DNA of 61,848 nucleotides from Candidatus Kaiserbacteria bacterium (GCA_963767115.1 CAVYCR010000003.1:175377-237224); one strand, 5' to 3'. Positions 24,383-32,578 are shown, numbered from the stretch's first letter. A program made the numbers and translations. Notes: a model not told the origin generated them from the sequence alone.

Positions 24383-25642
24383 TTAGCCCAACGAGTTGAA
24401 CATCTGCTCCGCAATGCGGTCGGCAGTGAGGGCTGTCTCGGAGCCAGTGTCGAGGTTCTTGAGAGTATAGCGGCCGGTGTCGCGCTCTTGGGCGCCCACG
24501 GCGATCACGAACGGTATTTTCATTTTGTCGGCCTGGCGGATCTGATCGCCGATGCGCTTGCCTGAGAAATTTACCGCGACCGCAACGTCTTCTTGACGCA
24601 AGTCTTGGGCGAGGCGCAGTGCGTGGCTCATCGCATCGTGGTCGACGACGCAGATCATGAGCTCTGTGGCTGGCGCGTATTCGGGCAAGAGCTTGTGGCT
24701 CTCGAGGAAGTCGCGCGCAGTCGCATCGCCCATGGCGAATCCTGCTGCAGGAATCGCGCTTCCTCCGAACATACTCAGGAGATTGTCGTAGCGACCGCCG
24801 CCCATGAGCGAGCGGCGATTCTCAGGAGATACATCGAAGACTTCGAAGACCATTCCGGTATAGTAATCAAATCCGCGCGTGATCTTGGTGTCGACGATCA
24901 TGTTGGCCACACCCATCTGCTGCAGGAGCATACGCAACTCTTCGAGGTACGCAGTAGAGGTCGTACGGTCGATGCGGTCAGTGAGCGCTTTGGCCGCTTC
25001 TTTATCCCCCAGCAATTCGGCAACCTTGGCATCGAAGTCATCGGCCTTCTCGCGCCGATCCAAGAGGCGCGTGATCTCCGCGCGCAGGTCTTCGGCAATA
25101 TTCATTTCGTTGTAGATGTCCTCAAGGATGCGGCGGTCGGAGACGCGGATCTCGAAATCGTGATCCTGTGCGCCGAGCGATTTCATGAGAGCGTAGGCCA
25201 TCGCGACGATCTCAGCGTCGGCCTCGATGCCACCAGTGCCGACGATGTCGGCGTTGAGCTGCCAGAACTCTCGTAAACGACCACGCTGCGGCCTTTCATA
25301 ACGAAAGAAGTTTTGCACCGAATACCAGCGCACAGGGAGCGGCAACTCACGATTCTTCGCGGCGATCATGCGCGCGACAGTCGGCGTCATCTCGGGGCGC
25401 AGCGTGACCTCGCGGTCTCCACGGTCGGTGAAGGTGTAGGTCTGCTCGTTGACGATCTCTTCGGAGGTCTTGGCGCGGTACATCTCGGCACTCTCGAGGA
25501 TCGAGGCGTTGTATTCCTCATAGCCGAAGAGCTCGCAGACGCGTTCCCAATGCTCGAAGATATAGCGCTGCACGTATTGGTCCTCAGGGTAAAAATCACG
25601 TACCCCTTTGTAGGGCTCCGTCGACAATGAGTCTCGCTTCAT
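24383..25642 (-). CDS. hisS: Histidyl-tRNA synthetase
   Basis: GVRDFYPED, class II motifs (RYERPQRGRLREFWQ; GGGRYD) and a C-terminal anticodon-binding domain. Start set at ATG 25642 (MKRDSLSTEPYKG...). The listed 74-aa extension looks non-coding. Confidence 0.92.
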   Translation of the reverse strand: MKRDSLSTEPYKGVRDFYPEDQYVQRYIFEHWERVCELFGYEEYNASILESAEMYRAKTSEEIVNEQTYTFTDRGDREVTLRPEMTPTVARMIAAKNRELPLPVRWYSVQNFFRYERPQRGRLREFWQLNADIVGTGGIEADAEIVAMAYALMKSLGAQDHDFEIRVSDRRILEDIYNEMNIAEDLRAEITRLLDRREKADDFDAKVAELLGDKEAAKALTDRIDRTTSTAYLEELRMLLQQMGVANMIVDTKITRGFDYYTGMVFEVFDVSPENRRSLMGGGRYDNLLSMFGGSAIPAAGFAMGDATARDFLESHKLLPEYAPATELMICVVDHDAMSHALRLAQDLRQEDVAVAVNFSGKRIGDQIRQADKMKIPFVIAVGAQERDTGRYTLKNLDTGSETALTADRIAEQMFNSLG

Positions 25643-25676
25643 AAACCTATTATGCCTGTGGTATACTCTCCTGTCC

Positions 25677-26138
25677 ATGAAGAGCAAAACAAAACCAGTT
25701 ATGAAAACCGACGTGAAAAATAACGGAGCCTCGGGAGATAAGCGGTTCACCGTGCGCCGCACGCCCGGCCGCGGCATGGGACTCTTTACCAACGTGCCCT
25801 TCAAGCGCGGCGATTTCGTCATCGAATACACCGGCGAGAAAATCCCGACCAAGGTGGCTGACACCTTGGAGACGCGCTATCTCTTCGAGATCGACGAGAA
25901 TTGGACGATCGACGGCAAGGAGCGCGGCAATATCGCGCGATACATCAATCATTCGTGCGGTCCCAATTGCGAATCTGAGATCACCGACGACGACCGCATC
26001 GTGATCAACGCTATAAAGGCCATCAAGCCCGGCGAAGAGCTTACGTATGATTACGGCGACGAATATTTCGACGAATTCTTGCGCCCCGAAGGCTGTCGTT
26101 GTGGTTCACCCAAGTGCAAGGCACCTGCCAAGAAGTAG
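25677..26138 (+). CDS. SET-domain protein (putative protein-lysine methyltransferase)
   Basis: RGMGLFTNVPFKRGDFVIEYTGEKI, NIARYINHSCGPNCE, ELTYDYG and a post-SET CRCGSPKC. Confidence 0.85.
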   Translation: MKSKTKPVMKTDVKNNGASGDKRFTVRRTPGRGMGLFTNVPFKRGDFVIEYTGEKIPTKVADTLETRYLFEIDENWTIDGKERGNIARYINHSCGPNCESEITDDDRIVINAIKAIKPGEELTYDYGDEYFDEFLRPEGCRCGSPKCKAPAKK

Positions 26139-26143
26139 CCGAT

Positions 26144-26265
26144 TGGCCCCGGAAAGGGATTCTTAATTTTTACGACCGAGGACCGAACCCGCAGACGCGC
26201 TTGCGCGTCGTGAGGGCGCTTGCGTCCCGCAGGGCGTAAAAATTAAGAATCCCTTTCCGGGGCCA
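26144..26265. repeat. 122-bp element closed by a perfect 31-bp inverted repeat
   Basis: TGGCCCCGGAAAGGGATTCTTAATTTTTACG (26144-26174) is the exact reverse complement of 26235-26265, with a 60-nt GC-rich spacer. It lies between the SET and VIT genes. Confidence 0.9.
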
Positions 26266-26287
26266 TCGAAATGCTATAATTAAGCAT

Positions 26288-26791
26288 ATGGACAATGCCT
26301 ATCGCCCGTCCGAAGGAGGCCGTTCGGATATATCATTCCTGCTTCAAGTCGTGCAGCCGGGCCTTGCCGGCCTTATGGACGGCTCGGTCTCAACGCTCGC
26401 ACCGATCTTCGCGGCGGCCTTCGCTACACATAGCTCGCACACCACTTTCCTCATCGGCCTCTCGGCGGCAGTCGGCGCCGGCATCTCAATGGCCTTCGCC
26501 GAAGCACTCTCCGACAGCGGCGAGGAGACCGGCCGTGGGCACCCGATGCGCCGCGGAGCGATCATCGGCTCAATGACCTTCGTCGGCGGCATCTTTCACA
26601 CACTGCCCTTCCTCATCACCAATATCACTTCCGCGCTCACGCTCGCCTACCTCATCGTCGGCATCGAGCTCATCACGATCGCGTACCTGCGCCAGCATTT
26701 CTTCAAGATGCGCTTCTGGCTCTCTATCGTGCAAGTAGTCGTCGGCGGCCTACTCGTCGTCGGCGCAGGTCTTCTCATCGGTGCCTCGTAG
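26288..26791 (+). CDS. VIT1/CCC1-family (iron/manganese transporter-like) membrane protein
   Basis: GLMDGSVSTLAPIFAAA, GAGISMAFAEALSDSGE and C-terminal TM helices. Confidence 0.75.
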   Translation: MDNAYRPSEGGRSDISFLLQVVQPGLAGLMDGSVSTLAPIFAAAFATHSSHTTFLIGLSAAVGAGISMAFAEALSDSGEETGRGHPMRRGAIIGSMTFVGGIFHTLPFLITNITSALTLAYLIVGIELITIAYLRQHFFKMRFWLSIVQVVVGGLLVVGAGLLIGAS

Positions 26792-26796
26792 AGACG

Positions 26797-26916
26797 TTGG
26801 ACGAACCGGAAGATTTTGTCGTTTTGGGGTCTTTGCAGCGCGGCGGCGCGAAACAGAGTTCTTTTCTAGCAAGAAAAGAACGACCCCAAAAGGGCAAAAT
26901 CTTCCGGTTCGTCCAA
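26797..26916 (+). repeat. Nested long-hairpin element, copy A (shares a 33-nt core with 43294-43421)
   Basis: A 22-bp outer stem (26797-26818 / 26895-26916) plus a 10-bp inner stem (TTTTGGGGTC / GACCCCAAAA). Core GGGGTCTTTGCAGCGCGGCGGCGCGAAACAGAG at 26826-26858. Inner 9-bp hairpin GTTCTTTTC-TAGCAA-GAAAAGAAC. Confidence 0.9.
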
Positions 26917-26956
26917 ATATTTTTACCTGCAAAATTTTGTGATAAAATCTCCTCTC

Positions 26957-27535
26957 ATGCGCGTGATCACCTTCGACATCGAAACGGCCAATTGGATCAC
27001 CGACACAGGCAGCAACGATCCCGCGGATCTTACGATCGCGATCGTTTGTACTCACGACTCGGAGACCGGCGAATACTCGAGTTATTTGGAAAACGAATTA
27101 CCGAAACTCTGGCCCGTCATCGAGCGCGCCGACGCGCTCCTCGGTTACAACTCCGATCATTTCGATATTCCCCTTCTCAACAAATACTATCCGGGCGACC
27201 TCACCAAGATCAAAAGCATCGACCTCATGAAGGAAGTACACGCAGTGCTCGGCCGCCGGCTCAAGCTCGACGCGCTTGCCGAAGGCACGCTCTCCGACAA
27301 GAAGCTCGACGGCAAGGGTGGACAGTCCGTCGTGTGGTGGCGCAACGGCGAGGTGGAAAAGGTGCGCGAATACTGCATCAAGGACGTCGAGCTCACACGC
27401 AAGCTCTTCGACTACGCGCTAAAAAACAACTCGCTCAAGTACAAAGAGCTCGGGCAGACACGCGAGATCAAGCTTGATACGCGAGAATGGATGCAGCCCC
27501 AGAGCGCACCGATGACCTTCTCGATGGGGTTTTAA
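26957..27535 (+). CDS. RNase H-fold 3'-5' exonuclease-like protein
   Basis: MRVITFDIETA (ExoI DxE), LGYNSDHFDIPLL (ExoII) and YCIKDVELT (ExoIII Yx3D). Confidence 0.7.
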   Translation: MRVITFDIETANWITDTGSNDPADLTIAIVCTHDSETGEYSSYLENELPKLWPVIERADALLGYNSDHFDIPLLNKYYPGDLTKIKSIDLMKEVHAVLGRRLKLDALAEGTLSDKKLDGKGGQSVVWWRNGEVEKVREYCIKDVELTRKLFDYALKNNSLKYKELGQTREIKLDTREWMQPQSAPMTFSMGF

Positions 27536-27573
27536 AAGCCTCGCACGCGTGCTAAAGTAGTGCAGACAAAATT

Positions 27574-27649
27574 GCTTGGGTAGCTCAGTTGGTAGAGCAT
27601 TCCCCTGAAGAGGGAAGGGTCGCCGGTTCGATCCCGGCCCCAAGCACCA
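27574..27649 (+). tRNA. tRNA-Phe (GAA), CCA encoded
   Basis: GCTTGGG/CCCAAGC acceptor, TAGCTCAGTTGGTAGAGCA D arm, anticodon loop CTGAAGA, GGTTCGATCCC T arm. Confidence 0.95.
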
Positions 27650-27652
27650 AAA

Positions 27653-27988
27653 TTACGGTTGAGTCGAAGTAGCGGTAGTAGAAGACAGGTGCAAGGCGCT
27701 CTTGAATTGCTCTTCGAGCGTTTGCATCGTGTTTTCAAAGCTCACAAATTTGGTCTGTGCACTCGAAGAGACTCCCTGGGCACGATTGAGCGCATTGAGG
27801 AGACTGTCGACATCGGAGCTGATATAGGTCATATAAAACCAGATCGGCGCGGCGAAGAGTACTGCATAGACGATAAATTTGAGGAAGCCGAGCAGGAAGG
27901 CGTTGCGCCGCTGCCGGTGGATCATGTCGTTGGTCTCGCGCGTGAGGCGCAGGATCTCTTGGAGCATTTTCGTATTGTTAGGATCCAT
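27653..27988 (-). CDS. Small membrane protein, hypothetical
   Basis: 111 aa with one central TM (FLLGFLKFIVYAVLFAAPIWFYM). Coding potential is plausible. I recognise no family. Confidence 0.5.
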   Translation of the reverse strand: MDPNNTKMLQEILRLTRETNDMIHRQRRNAFLLGFLKFIVYAVLFAAPIWFYMTYISSDVDSLLNALNRAQGVSSSAQTKFVSFENTMQTLEEQFKSALHLSSTTATSTQP

Positions 27989-28177
27989 ATGACAATTATA
28001 CTGTATAAAATCCCGATAATTTACATAGGATTGAATAATCTAGGCGACTTCATGATCACATTGCGGACTTTTGACAAAAATTATAATTATGCTAATATAT
28101 CTAACGGAGCATTTGTGACGTGATGTTGCAAATGTGTTCCTAGGTCGGGCGTGATGCTCGTCTGAAAATGCGGCGTG

Positions 28178-28621
28178 ATGTCGCACGGAGCCAGTACGAT
28201 GACACACTCAAATGTTGACGCTATCTACGCCGAGTATCCGTTTCTTTCGAAGTTATGGACTCGCAATGACGTCTGTGATGCAAAGGTGCGGCGATGGGAC
28301 AACGACTTTCTTCAACTCTGCACAACCAACGTTTATCTGCTTGATGAGCACGGTGAAGTAATAGTAAAACCGAATCGCTTTCTGTATGAACTTGCCAAAG
28401 TAATCCTCTATGCATTGATTCTGCGAAGGGTCGGTGAATCGGTGGATGATATGCTCAAAGGCCTCGGTGACGAAAAACTGCGCCGAGTAAATTACGCAGT
28501 GACTTTTTATTCAGGTGAAGGGACTATCACTTTATGGAAAATCCCTAAAGGCCATAAAAACGCTGCTGAATGGCTCGGGTCAAACTGTGCAAAAGCTCGT
28601 GCTACATTTTGTCAACAATAA
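28178..28621 (+). CDS. Hypothetical protein (147 aa)
   Basis: ORF preceded by TTGACA (28070-28075), a 16-nt spacer, and TAATAT (28092-28097). Followed by terminator 28647-28671. Confidence 0.5.
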   Translation: MSHGASTMTHSNVDAIYAEYPFLSKLWTRNDVCDAKVRRWDNDFLQLCTTNVYLLDEHGEVIVKPNRFLYELAKVILYALILRRVGESVDDMLKGLGDEKLRRVNYAVTFYSGEGTITLWKIPKGHKNAAEWLGSNCAKARATFCQQ

Positions 28622-28646
28622 TAATCGATTCGTAAAATTTCCTGAT

Positions 28647-28671
28647 CCCGCCATTGTATGGCGGGTTTTTT
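28647..28671 (+). terminator. Intrinsic terminator
   Basis: CCCGCC-ATTGTAT-GGCGGG followed by TTTTTT. Confidence 0.75.
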
Positions 28672-28787
28672 CATTTATTTCACTAGAGGGTGCCCTCTCA
28701 CGGTAGCGCACCCACCAGGTGAGGCAACACAATGGTTTTCCGGCGACCTTCAATCGTGTGTCGCCGAGGCCTCACGGTCACCTGCAA

Positions 28788-29150
28788 AATGGGACAAATG
28801 GGACACTACATGCGTGTACTGGAAAGTGTCCCGTTTTCTGAGTTCCAGCAAGCACCGTAAGGATATCTGAGCAATTTCAAGAGCGAGATGAGTGCCCTGT
28901 CCGATGTCCCACGGATGCGAACTGAAAAATGGACAAATCGGACACAGAAATCGGACGTGTGACTGTCCGATTTCTTGAGTGGAATGTTACAAATGTTACA
29001 TCTTTTTGGCATTTTCCGGGATGTAACATTAGGGGCAAAACCGAACAAACCGAACACGAAAACACGGGTTCGGGGTGTCCGATTTCTGTTCGCAAATGAG
29101 ACCAATGAGACCTATTTGGGCACTTTTCGGGGTCTCATTATCAATGCTCC
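28788..29150. repeat. ORF-free array of five hairpin modules (tandem 9-mer pair plus a downstream inverted copy); four modules are exactly 56 bp apart
   Basis: 9-mer pairs: AATGGGACA x2 (28788), AATGGACA/AATCGGACA (28928), AATGTTACA x2 (28983), AACCGAACA x2 (29039), AATGAGACC x2 (29095). Matching inverted copies: GTGTCCC (28826), GTCCGATTTCT (28965), GATGTAACATT (29020), GTTCGG (29068), GGTCTCATT (29131). Confidence 0.85.
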
Positions 29151-29229
29151 CGAGGCAAATGATATAAAATGTAACGCCAAAATGGGATTTTAGAGACGTT
29201 GCATTCCGAGACGTATGCTTGATCTTCGA

Positions 29230-30492
29230 TCAGCCCGGACAGGAAGGTTCGTATTGCTTGTCTTCAAATTTTATCCACCTTCCGAGGGGATCCTGCCAGA
29301 GAAATACTGGGTGGCTCTTAACGAAAGATTCCGGTAGCGAAGAAGTGGCGCTGTAGTCAAAATAGAACTGGGTATAGGCGTTGCGTAGAAGAGGAGAATT
29401 AGGATCGGCAGGTTCATAGACAGTATCTCCTGTAGAAGTTTTACCAGTTGCCACCAAGTCGCTCATGCTTATTCCTTGTTGCACGGATACAAAGTCGATG
29501 GGCTCTCCACAACTATCGGCTGTTGCGTCGTACGGAGCGTAACTTTTTGTATTGGCCGTTCCGTCGTTCCATGTGATTGCTGGTATTGATGTGGAGGCAT
29601 CGTAAAACGGTATTTCGATGCTATATATACGCATGGTGCCGTTGGGAGCGATTGCAAAATACCCATTCGTAGGCACAGTATTTGCGTTGATGCCAGAAAT
29701 ATCTGTATATACCTGCCCAATACCTGCTGCTGAAAATACAGGCTTCATCTCCGAAGCGTAATTCGCAAAAAATGGGCTGCTATATTCCTGTGCGATACCG
29801 TTAAAGTGCGTATTAGTACCTTGAAGTGTAAAGTCACCCTGCCCATACGCGAAATTGTCGGGGAATAACAGACTCGGTATAGTCAAATTCAAATCCGCAG
29901 TAAACTTCGAAGTATCGAGATAAAAGGGATCATCCGAATTATTTTCTAAAAATACCAGACCGCCGGTCTGCTGTTGAATAAAGTAATATACCGCACTGCC
30001 CCAACCAATGGAGTAATTCCATCCGGCTCCACTGGTAGGCGTTACCATAATCAACATGCCCCCAGCATATTGGCCAGAATTTATCACGCCCACCTTCCAA
30101 TAATTTGCTTGAACGACCAAATCGTTCGGATGACCGTATTTGGTATCCTGGGCTGTTCCATGTACAAACAAATCTAAATCCGTCATTTGTTGGGGGGAAT
30201 TCCAAATAATATCTCCTACAGTTGTGGTCGCAGAGCCCTGAACGCTGACCAAGGCGGAGGTAGACGCCGTTGTAGTCGAAGAAGTCGTCGAGTTGTTGCT
30301 GGATATATTTGTGCCCAAAGTCACCATCGGGATGACATGCAGCCTGTATGCAAAAACGCTTGCTGTTGCGAGAGCGATCATTATCACAAATATGGAAACC
30401 GCGATCAGAAGTCCTCTGTGGTTTTTTGTTGGTGTAGATGGCGAAGCCATCGGTGGCTGCGTCAGATTTTGCTGTTCTTGTGAAGGCGGCAT
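29230..30492 (-). CDS. Membrane-anchored extracellular protein, unknown function (420 aa)
   Basis: N-terminal TM (GLLIAVSIFVIMIALATASVFAY), then a Ser/Thr-rich linker and a large beta-rich-looking domain. I recognise no family. Confidence 0.6.
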   Translation of the reverse strand: MPPSQEQQNLTQPPMASPSTPTKNHRGLLIAVSIFVIMIALATASVFAYRLHVIPMVTLGTNISSNNSTTSSTTTASTSALVSVQGSATTTVGDIIWNSPQQMTDLDLFVHGTAQDTKYGHPNDLVVQANYWKVGVINSGQYAGGMLIMVTPTSGAGWNYSIGWGSAVYYFIQQQTGGLVFLENNSDDPFYLDTSKFTADLNLTIPSLLFPDNFAYGQGDFTLQGTNTHFNGIAQEYSSPFFANYASEMKPVFSAAGIGQVYTDISGINANTVPTNGYFAIAPNGTMRIYSIEIPFYDASTSIPAITWNDGTANTKSYAPYDATADSCGEPIDFVSVQQGISMSDLVATGKTSTGDTVYEPADPNSPLLRNAYTQFYFDYSATSSLPESFVKSHPVFLWQDPLGRWIKFEDKQYEPSCPG

Positions 30493-30628
30493 AGATGCCC
30501 TAAGTGTAGCAGTTTCAAGGCATTTCTGAACTCGGTTACCAACAGCTTGCCAACTGAAGGCTCCTGGACTCCCAGCCCCATTGCGTCATCCCTGTACCTG
30601 TCGAATTAGTCAGGTAACAAGATGAAAT

Positions 30629-31963
30629 ATGGAAGCACATATAGCAGAAGGGTTGGCACAGATGGGTGTCGCCGCGCCCGAAGAGCAGAAAGTGGTCGAT
30701 ATCAAGTATTGTTTGTACGCACGCAAGAGCACCGAGGATGACGAGCATCAGGCGCTCAGTATTGAGTCGCAGATCAAGGAGATGGCTGCGCTCGCGGCGA
30801 GAGAAAAGTTGGATGTGGTTGAAGTGCGCTCGGAGAAGCACTCGGCTAAGGCCGCAGGTCAGCGACCAGTGTTCCAACAATTACTGGCAGACGTGCGTGA
30901 GGGAAAGTTCAACGGCATCCTTACCTGGGCACCTGACAGGTTGAGTAGAAATGGAGGCGACCTCGGCGTGTTGGTCGATCTCATGGACCAAAAATCGTTG
31001 GTCGAAATCAGAACGTACACGCAGAAATTTACCAATAATCCCAATGAAAAGTTTCTGCTGATGATACTCGGCAGCCAAGCTAAACTTGAAAACGACAACA
31101 AAAGCCTCAACGTAAAGCGCGGATTGAAGGCTCGCGCTGAGATGGGACTCTGGCCCGGCATCGCGCCGACAGGATATCTCAATGACAATCGGAGCGATCA
31201 CAAATGCGAAATCCTTGTCGATCCGATTCGCTCGTCGGTAGTGAAGCAGATATTCGAAAAGGTTGGGCGCGACCGGATGAGCGGTAGAAAAGTGTACGCA
31301 TGGTTGAAATATGAAATCCGATTTACCCATCGCTCCAGCAAACCGCTTAGTTTGAGCAATGTGTATAACGTACTCAAAAATCCCTTCTACTGCGGTATGT
31401 TCGAATATCCGCGCGGGGGTGGTCAGTGGTACACCGGCAAGCACACGCCACTCATCACCAAAGAGCTCTTCCAGCTGGTGCAGGAAAAAATTGCAGAGGA
31501 GAATCGGCCCAAGAAGAAGTTCCAGGACTTCACCTTCACCAAGCTCATGACGTGCGGATACTGCGGTTCCGGTATCACCGCGCAGGAAAAGTCCAAAACC
31601 ATCAAATCAGATGGCTCCGTACGTTGGTATATCTACTACAGCTGCGACAAGTTCAAAGATCACCACTGCAAGAATCCGTTCATTCGCGAGGACAATTTGG
31701 TCATGCTACTGCTCGAACTGATTGATCAGATCTCAATCGATGAAATCGGGGCGCGGCATCTCATCGAGCTGGAGGTACAGCGATACAACCAGCTGCGAGC
31801 CGCGATGGGTCATACCGATAAAGACAAGGCGAGAGATATGGACGTGAGAAAATATGCAAAATACCTCTTGCAGCACGGCGCATCAACAGAAAAGCGTGAA
31901 TTGTTGCAGCATCTCCGCAACCGTATCGTGATGAAAGACAAGAAAATATTTCTCGAAAGTTGA
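30629..31963 (+). CDS. Large serine recombinase (resolvase/invertase catalytic domain + recombinase domain + zinc ribbon)
   Basis: [22 protein letters not shown] (catalytic Ser region), [12 protein letters not shown], a central recombinase domain, CGYCGSGIT...[12 protein letters not shown] zinc ribbon, and a coiled-coil tail. Confidence 0.88.
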   Translation: MEAHIAEGLAQMGVAAPEEQKVVDIKYCLYARKSTEDDEHQALSIESQIKEMAALAAREKLDVVEVRSEKHSAKAAGQRPVFQQLLADVREGKFNGILTWAPDRLSRNGGDLGVLVDLMDQKSLVEIRTYTQKFTNNPNEKFLLMILGSQAKLENDNKSLNVKRGLKARAEMGLWPGIAPTGYLNDNRSDHKCEILVDPIRSSVVKQIFEKVGRDRMSGRKVYAWLKYEIRFTHRSSKPLSLSNVYNVLKNPFYCGMFEYPRGGGQWYTGKHTPLITKELFQLVQEKIAEENRPKKKFQDFTFTKLMTCGYCGSGITAQEKSKTIKSDGSVRWYIYYSCDKFKDHHCKNPFIREDNLVMLLLELIDQISIDEIGARHLIELEVQRYNQLRAAMGHTDKDKARDMDVRKYAKYLLQHGASTEKRELLQHLRNRIVMKDKKIFLES

Positions 31964-32083
31964 CCGACACGAAAACGTCGAGCGATTTGCTCGGCGTTTT
32001 CGCGTCTCGACCCCTCTCGGTTGCGAACCGGCCTCGATGAGTTTTGAGGCCTCATGGACGCATGAATGGGCTGCTGACTGCTG

Positions 32084-32155
32084 TGCCCGCGGTAGGAATC
32101 GAACCTACATCTATCCCTTAGGACGGGAGTGCTCTATCCATTGAGCTACGAGGGC
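32084..32155 (-). tRNA. tRNA-Arg (CCT), no encoded CCA, with non-canonical pairs
   Basis: Reverse complement is GCCCTCGTAGCTCAATGGATAGAGCACTCCCGTCCTAAGGGATAGATGTAGGTTCGATTCCTACCGCGGGCA. Anticodon loop GTCCTAA. There is a T5-C68 mismatch in the acceptor stem and C27-T43 in the anticodon stem. Confidence 0.75.
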
Positions 32156-32227
32156 TATAAAACCGCAGCGCAAAACAGCGCATATGCAGCTTAGCATATG
32201 CGCTGTTGCCCCTGAAGGTGCAGCCAC

Positions 32228-32476
32228 TTAGGCAATCGCGAGCAATTTGCGGAGCTTCAGCTCGTCGAAGCCGAGGACGAACTCGTCGCCGACGTAGATC
32301 TGCGGGACGCCCATGTTGCCGCTCTTCTCGATCATGTGCTGGCGCTCGGTAGCGTTTGCGGCTACATCGACGTCGGTAAAGGCGACATGGTGCTCGGTGA
32401 AGAAATCCTTCGCCGCGTGGCAGAAGTGGCATGAAGGGGTCGAATAAATGGTGACCTGCGGTTGTGAAGTAGGCAT
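32228..32476 (-). CDS. Glutaredoxin/NrdH-like thioredoxin-fold protein
   Basis: 82 aa, VTIYSTPSCHFCHAAKDFF (CxxC) and GVPQIYVGDEFVLGFD. Confidence 0.85.
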   Translation of the reverse strand: MPTSQPQVTIYSTPSCHFCHAAKDFFTEHHVAFTDVDVAANATERQHMIEKSGNMGVPQIYVGDEFVLGFDELKLRKLLAIA

Positions 32477-32578
32477 AGTATGTAGTGCTTTATATTGTAA
32501 AGTGCCATCATTATAGCACAGGCGCTAGAAACGCAAGCTTCACTTCCCAATCATACGGGCGCTGGTATACTTTGCCTC

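Noticed and set aside
26797-27477. ORFs 26797..27477 (+) and 43275..43460 (-) share the peptide GSLQRGGAKQ...LARK, hinting at a conserved small protein.
   Set aside because: The shared peptide is the translation of the 33-nt repeat core. The surrounding ORFs are low-complexity Arg-rich read-through that overlaps the real exonuclease and DUF192 genes. The conservation is at the nucleotide and structure level.
28119-28180. Three copies of CGTGATG (28119, 28150, 28174) upstream of and overlapping the 28178 start codon, considered as an operator.
   Set aside because: The 7-mer is short, the spacing is irregular (31 and 24 nt), and the last copy is just the GTG-ATG start context. The evidence is insufficient.
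28788-29150. Possible CRISPR array, given its regular 56-bp spacing.
   Set aside because: The repeated units are not conserved in sequence: each module has its own 9-mer. There is no constant repeat alternating with unique spacers, and no cas genes lie nearby. It is reported as a hairpin-module array instead.
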